Shown: piece after piece, positions 57,701-64,000 of the stretch | Layout: every line of letters begins with the position of its first letter | Position numbering within the stretch: the first letter of the stretch is position 1 | Assembly: GCA_963784045.1 (NCBI GenBank) | Contig: CAWAPZ010000017.1 | Coordinates: 67,816 to 131,815, forward strand | DNA length: 64,000 nucleotides | DNA from: Vicinamibacterales bacterium | GTDB taxonomy: Bacteria > Acidobacteriota > Vicinamibacteria > Vicinamibacterales > JAMQPK01 | Direction of reading: 5' to 3' | The notes under the pieces: generated by a model | What the model was told of the DNA's origin: nothing | The model's input: only the letters and a program-made list of their open reading frames with translations | The model's database searches: none | Position numbers and translations under genes: made by a program

Positions 57701-59123
57701 GCGGTACGGACGCCTCCTGGTGGGCGTTTACGTTGTCTCTGACGCAACGCTCGGGATCGTCGCCTTCGGGCTCGCATACCTGCTGCGCTTCTCGAGCGGC
57801 CTCATCCCAGTGACGCGCGGCTACCCGCCGTTCCAACAGTACGTCGCCGTCATGCCCTTCGTCGCCGTGCTGGTCCCGCTGGCGTACTACTTCCAGGGGG
57901 TCTATCGCCTACGGCGCGGACAATCACGGGTCGACGACTTCTTTCTGGTCTTCATCGGCACTGTCGTAGCGGTCATTCTCGGCGTCGTCACCACGCTCTA
58001 CGTGGATGCGTACCACGCATCGCCGGAAGAACAGGCCGTGGGAGCCTACCAGGTTTCGCGCATCGTCTGGGCGATGTTCCTGGTCATCAACATCGCGCTG
58101 ACGTTCGGCTCGCGCGAGCTCGTGCGCGAACTGCTCGAACGCCGCTGGAAGGCCGGGCTGGGGCTGAAGCGCATTCTGATTGCCGGCGCCGGCGATCTTG
58201 GCAGGGTCGTGGCTGAGAAAATCCTTCAGCACGGGGAGCTCGGCTACCAGGTGATTGGCTTCGTCGACGATCGCGCCGGCGGCGATCACTTGGGTTATCG
58301 CGGTCTGCCGCTGCTCGGCACGTTGTCCGATGCGCCCGAGATCATCCGACAAGAGAACATCGACCACCTCTATGTGGCGCTGCCGCTCGACGAGCACGTG
58401 AAGATGCTCGACCTGATCGAAAGCACGAGCCGCGAGATGGTCGACGTCAAGGTCGTGCCGGATCTGGTGCAGTTTCTGGCGCTGCGCGCGCGCCTCGAAG
58501 ATCTTGACGGCGTTCCCATCATCAACATCCACGACGTCCCGCTGCAGGGTCTCAACGCGGTCATCAAGCGGACGATCGACCTCGGCATCAGCGGCGTGGG
58601 CGCGCTGTTGTTGTCGATTCCCGTTGGGCTCATCGCGGCCGCCATCAAATACACATCGCCGGGGCCGGTGTTCTACCGACAGGAGCGCATGGGACTCGAC
58701 GGCCGGCCATTCTGGGTTTACAAGTTCCGATCGATGCGGGTGGACGCGGAAGACGTCACCGGGCCGATCTGGGCGCGCGAGGACGACCCGCGGTGCACCC
58801 CCGTCGGACGCTTCCTGCGCCAGTGGGACCTGGACGAGCTGCCGCAAATCTGGAACGTGCTCAAGGGAGACATGTCGATTGTCGGCCCACGCCCCGAGCG
58901 CCCGTTCTTTGTCGACCAGTTCAAGCATCGATTCCCGCAGTACATGCTGCGCCACAAAGTGAAGGCCGGCATCACCGGCTGGGCCCAGGTCAACGGATGG
59001 CGCGGCAACACGTCACTCGAGAAGCGGATCGAATTCGATTTGTACTACATCGAGAACTGGTCGGTCTCGCTCGACCTCAAGATCATGTGGATGACGCTCT
59101 TCCGCGGCGTTCTCACACGCTGA
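57693..59123 (+). CDS. Polyprenyl-phosphate hexose-1-phosphate transferase (WcaJ/WbaP-type priming sugar transferase)
   Basis: N-terminal TM helices, a central Rossmann-like domain, and the C-terminal bacterial sugar-transferase block KFRSM...DELPQ..NVLKGDMS.VGPRP. Confidence 0.85.
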   Translation: MLRRYGRLLVGVYVVSDATLGIVAFGLAYLLRFSSGLIPVTRGYPPFQQYVAVMPFVAVLVPLAYYFQGVYRLRRGQSRVDDFFLVFIGTVVAVILGVVTTLYVDAYHASPEEQAVGAYQVSRIVWAMFLVINIALTFGSRELVRELLERRWKAGLGLKRILIAGAGDLGRVVAEKILQHGELGYQVIGFVDDRAGGDHLGYRGLPLLGTLSDAPEIIRQENIDHLYVALPLDEHVKMLDLIESTSREMVDVKVVPDLVQFLALRARLEDLDGVPIINIHDVPLQGLNAVIKRTIDLGISGVGALLLSIPVGLIAAAIKYTSPGPVFYRQERMGLDGRPFWVYKFRSMRVDAEDVTGPIWAREDDPRCTPVGRFLRQWDLDELPQIWNVLKGDMSIVGPRPERPFFVDQFKHRFPQYMLRHKVKAGITGWAQVNGWRGNTSLEKRIEFDLYYIENWSVSLDLKIMWMTLFRGVLTR

Positions 59124-59165
59124 CAGTCTGAATCGCGAGCGACGCGGGCGAGGGCCTGGACGATC

Positions 59166-60110
59166 ATGAACGACAAACGCCGCATAGTCATCACGGGAGC
59201 CGCCGGCTTCATCGGTTCTCATCTCGCCGAAGAACTGCTCAACCGCGAGTGCTCTGTCGTCGGCATCGACAACCTCCTGACGGGCGCGCTCGCCAACATC
59301 GCCCACCTCGCAGGCCGCGATTTCGTGTTCATCAAACACGATGTCACCAACTACATCAATGTGGATGGGCCGGTCGACGTGGTGCTGCACTGGGCAAGCC
59401 CTGCGAGCCCGATCGACTACCTCGAGCTGCCGATCCCGACCCTCAAGGTCGGTGCACTCGGCACGCACAAGGCGCTCGGGCTTGCAAAAGCCAAGGGCGC
59501 GCGTTTCGTCATCGCGTCGACATCGGAGGTGTACGGCGACCCGCTCGAGCATCCCCAGAAAGAGACCTACTGGGGCAACGTCAACCCAATCGGCCCGCGC
59601 GGCGTCTACGACGAAGCGAAGCGATTCGCGGAAGCGATGACGATGGCGTATCACCGCTATCACGGGGTCGACGCGAAGATCGTCCGCATCTTCAACACCT
59701 ATGGCCCGCGCATGCGCATCAAGGACGGCCGCGCAGTGCCGGCGTTCATCTCGCAGGCGCTGCTCAACGAGGATGTGACGGTATTCGGAGACGGCAAACA
59801 GACCCGCAGCTTCTGCTATGTGGACGATCTTGTCGCGGGCATTCTGAAATTGATGGACTCGAACTTGAATGAGCCCGTCAACATCGGCAACCCGCACGAA
59901 ATGACGATCGAGGGGATCGCGAAGACCATCATCCAGATGACAGGCTCGAAAAGCAAAATTATCTACCAGGATTTGCCGATCGACGATCCCAAAGTACGTC
60001 AGCCCGACATCACCAAAGCTCGCACACTGCTCGGCTGGGAGCCGAAGGTGAAGCTCGAACAGGGACTGGTCAAGACGATCGAATACTTCAAACGGAAGGT
60101 GGGCCTCTAA
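59166..60110 (+). CDS. UDP-glucuronate decarboxylase (UDP-xylose synthase), SDR family
   Basis: [27 protein letters not shown] catalytic motif, and strong overall UXS-like sequence ([10 protein letters not shown]). Confidence 0.85.
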   Translation: MNDKRRIVITGAAGFIGSHLAEELLNRECSVVGIDNLLTGALANIAHLAGRDFVFIKHDVTNYINVDGPVDVVLHWASPASPIDYLELPIPTLKVGALGTHKALGLAKAKGARFVIASTSEVYGDPLEHPQKETYWGNVNPIGPRGVYDEAKRFAEAMTMAYHRYHGVDAKIVRIFNTYGPRMRIKDGRAVPAFISQALLNEDVTVFGDGKQTRSFCYVDDLVAGILKLMDSNLNEPVNIGNPHEMTIEGIAKTIIQMTGSKSKIIYQDLPIDDPKVRQPDITKARTLLGWEPKVKLEQGLVKTIEYFKRKVGL

Positions 60111-60177
60111 CAGGAGAGTAGGAGGCCAGGAGCGATCCTTCGCAAGAAGAAAACTCCTGGTCTCTCATTCTCCTGTT
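60109..60177. terminator. Long imperfect hairpin between convergent genes (probable bidirectional terminator), followed by a direct repeat of about 15 nt
   Basis: AACAGGAGAG-ta-GGAGGCCAGGAG-21-nt loop-CTCCTGGTCTC-ca-TTCTCCTGTT, about 22 bp of stem including G-U pairs. Then CTGTTCAGAT occurs twice. Confidence 0.55.
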
Positions 60178-60196
60178 CAGATTCGTTCTGTTCAGA

Positions 60197-60751
60197 TCAG
60201 TTCTGATTGATGATCTTGGTGATATTGAAGACGTAGTGAAATCCCGACACCAGCGTGATGGCCGCTGACGCGTAGATTCCAAACGTGACGATCGGCGAGG
60301 TGCGTGCCAGGTAGTTGAAGTACATGATCGTGACGCACGTCATGATGTACGTCGCCGTCGCAATCTTGCCGTAGATTGACGGCCTGAACTCGCGCCGGCC
60401 AATGGCAAGGTTGATGACAGCCACGGTCAGCACAATTAACAGATCCCTCGTGATAATCAGAATCGTCAACCAGACAGGGAGCTTGTTGACCAGGCCCAGG
60501 CCCGGCAGCGTCAGCACGCTCACCGTCGCCACGATGAGCAGCTTGTCGGCCATCGGATCGAGCCACGCGCCGAGGCTGGTACGCCGGCTGAAGGTCCGCG
60601 CGATGAGACCATCCAGGAGATCGGTGAGGCCGGCTATGGCAAACACGATCAACGCCCAGCCGAAATGTCCGTACACCGTCAGGATGACGAACGCCGGCGC
60701 GAGCAACACCCGTGTCAGGGTGAGCTGATTCGCAGGCGTGAGGACGCTCAT
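60197..60751 (-). CDS. pgsA: CDP-alcohol phosphatidyltransferase (PgsA-like)
   Basis: ANQLTLTRV...AGLTDLLDGLIAR...LDPMADKLL, the D-G-x2-A-R...D-x3-D motif. Confidence 0.75.
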   Translation of the reverse strand: MSVLTPANQLTLTRVLLAPAFVILTVYGHFGWALIVFAIAGLTDLLDGLIARTFSRRTSLGAWLDPMADKLLIVATVSVLTLPGLGLVNKLPVWLTILIITRDLLIVLTVAVINLAIGRREFRPSIYGKIATATYIMTCVTIMYFNYLARTSPIVTFGIYASAAITLVSGFHYVFNITKIINQN

Positions 60752-62109
60752 TTGGAAGAGCTGTAGAGACGCTCGATGCGCGTGACGGCGTCGATCGCCT
60801 CAGCCCCGCTCACCGGGCGCGACAACTGGAACAGCCCGCCGTCAGCGAGGGGAAGGATACCCGCAGCAACCGACAGCGACGCATCCACAAAGTGCAGATT
60901 GCTGACGCCGACGTCGCCCATCTTCTGGGCACGGCTCTGCCAGTCCTTCAACAGCTGAGGCCTGCCCGCGGCGATGACCTTCAGCATGCGCGCGACCGCC
61001 TGCGCGAGGTCGCTGCGCTGAATGGCATTGCGCGGTTGGAACGTGTGATTCCCGTAGGGCTCCATCACGCCGGCGCTTGCGGTCGCCATTATCCAGTCGG
61101 CCGCCCAGTGATTGCGGGCATCGGTGATGACGACGGGCTGCGCGGGCGCGCGCTCGATCAACGGCGCCAACCTGATGCCGATGAGCGACGCGAGATCTCC
61201 GCGCGTAATAGACGCCGCGTTCGGAATCGCCCGATAGTCCGGCGGGAGCTTCAAATACGCAAGGCGTGCCTCAATCGCCGTGATGCGCCGGCGCAGTTCG
61301 GCGGTCGGCTCGAGGTTATTCGCGTCGCTATACATCTTCAGCGCGCCGCCAAAGTCGCCCCGCGCGTCGAGTATCTCGCCGATCCGCATCCTCGACGTCG
61401 CATCCGTCGGGTCCATGTCGATGACGCGCTGGTACCGCGCCAGCGCCTCGTCGGTTTTGCCCTGTTTCGCTTCGACCTCGGCGAGATCGCGTACGAGAAA
61501 CGCACTGTCCGGAGACGCGGCAATCGCCTGTGCGTACAAGCGCGCCGCTTCTTCCAAGCGGTTCGCCTGCGCAGCCTTGCGGGCGTTGGCCACGTTCTCC
61601 TGCTGCGCCCGGGCCCGCAGAACCTCTACCCGTCGCGCGATGCCCTGAAGCTGCGGATCGAGCTTGACCGCCGATTCGAATGAGGCGAGCGCCGCATCTT
61701 CGCGCGAAAGCGCCAGCAGCGCTTCCCCGCGACCCACGAGGGCCGGCACATAGCTCACATTCGACTGCAGTACGCGGTCGAAACGCTGCCCAGCCGACTC
61801 GAAGTCCTTGCGCGCCAGATCGAGGTATCCCATGGCGGTGTCGCTCGGATAGAACTGAGGCGAGCGCTTCAGCACCGCAGCAAACCCTGTTTCGGCGCGC
61901 GCGAGATCCCCCGCCTGGAACCAGCGCCACGCTGCGTCATGGTCGCGCAGCAGGTCGGCCTGTTTCGGATCGGGTTGTGACAGGCCCGGAAAGATGTAAT
62001 CGGGGTACCTGGGAGTGGTGACAACTGGAGGCGCGACCGTACGGGCACACCCGGCGGCTGCGGCCCCAAGTGTCAGCGACAGCACGAGGGCCCTGGGCCA
62101 CCAGGTCAT
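60748..62109 (-). CDS. TPR-repeat lipoprotein with C-terminal SLH-like domains
   Basis: Lipobox LGAAAAGC. Several TPR units. C-terminal ITRGDLASLI...HWAADWI...TFQPRNAIQRSDLAQAV resembles S-layer-homology repeats. Confidence 0.6.
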   Translation of the reverse strand: MTWWPRALVLSLTLGAAAAGCARTVAPPVVTTPRYPDYIFPGLSQPDPKQADLLRDHDAAWRWFQAGDLARAETGFAAVLKRSPQFYPSDTAMGYLDLARKDFESAGQRFDRVLQSNVSYVPALVGRGEALLALSREDAALASFESAVKLDPQLQGIARRVEVLRARAQQENVANARKAAQANRLEEAARLYAQAIAASPDSAFLVRDLAEVEAKQGKTDEALARYQRVIDMDPTDATSRMRIGEILDARGDFGGALKMYSDANNLEPTAELRRRITAIEARLAYLKLPPDYRAIPNAASITRGDLASLIGIRLAPLIERAPAQPVVITDARNHWAADWIMATASAGVMEPYGNHTFQPRNAIQRSDLAQAVARMLKVIAAGRPQLLKDWQSRAQKMGDVGVSNLHFVDASLSVAAGILPLADGGLFQLSRPVSGAEAIDAVTRIERLYSSSK

Positions 62110-63368
62110 CGTCCACCTGCCGTCTTGACGCGCTCGAGCACACGGCGCGGCACGTCGGCTTCGATCTCGATCCGGCCGTCGTTCATGACATGACTAACGA
62201 CCCGCGCGTGCCGATACACGCGCGCGATTTTCTCGCGGTCTTCAGCGCTGGCTTCGTCGAACTCGAGCACCACGCGACGGGTATCCAACTCGAGTTTTTC
62301 CGCGACGGCGCCGATCATCTCCGTGCGGCCGGTCTTCCTGAGCGCCGAAATGCACAGCGCATCCGGGTACAGCCGGCGAAGCCGGTCGACGTCCCCAGGC
62401 TCAATGAGGTCGCACTTGTTAAAAACGCTCATGGTGGCCACATTGGCGGCGCCCACTTCTTCCAGCACGCGCCGCACCGCTTCCATGTGCCGTTCCCGCT
62501 CGGGGCTCGCCGCGTCGATGACGTGCAGCACGAGATCTGCCTCGGCGACCTGCTCGAGCGTCGCGCGAAACGCGGCGACGAGCGTATGCGGCAACCTTTC
62601 AATGAACCCGACCGTGTCGGACAAGAGCAGCCGCCTCTTGTCCGGCAGGCTGACCTGGCGAACCAGTGGGTCGAGCGTGACGAACAGTGCGTCCGACGCT
62701 TCCGCCGACTCCTTCGTCAACAGGTTGAACAACGTCGTCTTCCCTGCGTTCGTGTAGCCGACCAGGGCCACCACTGGCACCGACACCTTCTGCCGGCGCG
62801 CCCTCGAGTGGCGCCGCCGTTGTCGAATCGAGTCAATCTCTGCCGAGATGGCGTGGATTCTCTGACGAATACGCCGGCGGTCGGTTTCGAGTTTTGTTTC
62901 GCCAGGTCCGCGGGTGCCGATGCCGCCGCCCAGGCGTGATAGCGCGGTTCCCGAGCCGACCAGGCGCGGGAGCAGATATTTCAGCTGCGCCAGCTCAACC
63001 TGCCACTTTCCTTCACGTGTCCGCGCGCGCCGCGCGAAGATATCCAGAATCAGCTGCGTGCGATCGACGACCTTCCGCTCAACCCGCTCTTCGATGTGCC
63101 TGAGCTGCGCAGGCGTCAGCTCGTTGTCGAAGATGACGACGTCCGCTCCGACGCGGGCGCATTCCGCCGCAAGCTCGCCGAGTTTGCCGCTACCGATGAA
63201 CGTCGCGGGATCGGGTGTCGGCCGTTCCTGAATCATCTTGAGCACGACCGTCGCTCCGGCGGCGTCGGCGAGCGCAGCAAGCTCATCGATCGAGTGCTCC
63301 GCGTCGAGCTTGTTCGTGCGCCTGACGATTAAGCCGACGAGCGCGGCGCGCTCACGAGAAGATGTCAT
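62106..63368 (-). CDS. hflX: GTPase HflX
   Basis: HflX N-terminal domain (ELAALADAAGA...), LAQLKYLLPRL, G-domain GYTNAGKTTLFN, DTVGF, NKCD. Confidence 0.9.
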   Translation of the reverse strand: MTSSRERAALVGLIVRRTNKLDAEHSIDELAALADAAGATVVLKMIQERPTPDPATFIGSGKLGELAAECARVGADVVIFDNELTPAQLRHIEERVERKVVDRTQLILDIFARRARTREGKWQVELAQLKYLLPRLVGSGTALSRLGGGIGTRGPGETKLETDRRRIRQRIHAISAEIDSIRQRRRHSRARRQKVSVPVVALVGYTNAGKTTLFNLLTKESAEASDALFVTLDPLVRQVSLPDKRRLLLSDTVGFIERLPHTLVAAFRATLEQVAEADLVLHVIDAASPERERHMEAVRRVLEEVGAANVATMSVFNKCDLIEPGDVDRLRRLYPDALCISALRKTGRTEMIGAVAEKLELDTRRVVLEFDEASAEDREKIARVYRHARVVSHVMNDGRIEIEADVPRRVLERVKTAGGR

Positions 63369-63995
63369 TTACTTCGAAAATTCTAGCACGCGGTCCCACG
63401 AAACGACGCCGCTGCGCAACAGTATCGGCGCGTCGCCGGTCGCATCGACGATGGTCGATGCCAACCCGGCTGGCGTGGCGCCCGCGTCGATCAACACATC
63501 GATGCTGGCGCCGAGCGATGCCGCGACCTGTTCCGGCGTAGACGCGGGTGATTCACCGGAGATATTCGCACTGGTGGACGTGATGGCGTGGCCGGCACTG
63601 TGCGCGAGCAGCCGGGCCACGCGATTGCCCGGCACGCGAACGGCGATTCGTCCCGTCGACAGGTGTACATCGTCGCACAAGCGCGGAGATACCGGGATGA
63701 CCAGCGTCAGCGGCCCTGGCCATCCGCGTGACGCCAGCCGACGGGCAAGGGGCGTCATGATGCCGACATGATCGACAACCTGATCGACGTCACTCGCGAT
63801 CAACGGCAGCGGATGATCGGGAGGGCGTTGCTTCATCTCGAATACCCGCTTCACCGCCATCGCCGATCGCGGATCGACCGCGACGCCGTAGAACGTCTCG
63901 GTTGGAAAGACGACGACCCCTCCGTCGTGCAGCGCACTGACCGCGGGCGCGAGCGCAGCCGCGCCGGAGTCCGGAGTAATGCGGAGATGAATCAT
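63369..63995 (-). CDS. tsaC: L-threonylcarbamoyladenylate synthase (TsaC/YwlC/Sua5 family, short form)
   Basis: VVFPTETFYGVAVDP...KQRPPDHPLPL...TSTSANISGE. 208 aa. Confidence 0.85.
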   Translation of the reverse strand: MIHLRITPDSGAAALAPAVSALHDGGVVVFPTETFYGVAVDPRSAMAVKRVFEMKQRPPDHPLPLIASDVDQVVDHVGIMTPLARRLASRGWPGPLTLVIPVSPRLCDDVHLSTGRIAVRVPGNRVARLLAHSAGHAITSTSANISGESPASTPEQVAASLGASIDVLIDAGATPAGLASTIVDATGDAPILLRSGVVSWDRVLEFSK

Positions 63996-64000
63996 CGACT

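Overview
High-GC bacterial chromosomal window with dense coding on both strands. The gene families point to Acidobacteriota, possibly a Vicinamibacteria-like lineage; this is an inference from a VWFA-related secreted protein, a PD40 propeller lipoprotein, a DUF1080/FG-GAP protein and many c-type cytochromes. About 60 protein genes and one tRNA-Pro(GGG) are supported. No rRNA and no CRISPR array were seen. Layout: (1) 1-9.4 kb is an anaerobic-respiration block. It holds an MtrA/PioA-type decahaem cytochrome with an MtrB/PioB-type porin (truncated by the window edge), a FixL-like tandem haem-PAS kinase with two response regulators (one a sigma-54 activator), and nrfHA fused into an operon with three SRPBCC paralogs. 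(2) 9.5-24.5 kb holds a USP plus Pat-like GNAT/NDP-forming acyl-CoA synthetase pair behind a sigma-54-type promoter, a multicopper oxidase, an ECF sigma factor next to a dihaem protein, a ZIP transporter, tRNA-Pro with a decayed IS relic, and PmoA-like and DUF1080/FG-GAP genes. (3) 24.6-32.0 kb is the most unusual part. It is a tight seven-gene operon combining a Nas/NarB-type Mo-bisPGD catalytic subunit that lacks a Tat leader with a NarI-like cytochrome b (zinc-ribbon tail), a four-cluster FeS protein, a bc-type Rieske protein, a small membrane protein, an NnrS-like protein and a TehA/SLAC1-family anion channel. I do not recognise this subunit combination from any characterised enzyme. (4) 32-50 kb is housekeeping: der, HU/IHF, an M50 protease, M1 aminopeptidase, priA, udg, coaBC, gmk and yicC. 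(5) 48-60 kb is a polysaccharide locus with an MsbA-like ABC exporter, six glycosyltransferases, ugd, a UDP-xylose synthase and a priming transferase. It is followed by pgsA, a TPR/SLH lipoprotein, hflX and tsaC. Non-coding signals: three families of short repeats. One is a palindromic REP-like hairpin that sits in frame inside two genes. One is ATTGGTRG / GGTTRGT short-period arrays close to stop codons. One is CACGAAGA 8-mer arrays. There are also three single-base (+1) frame disruptions, two of them in gmk.
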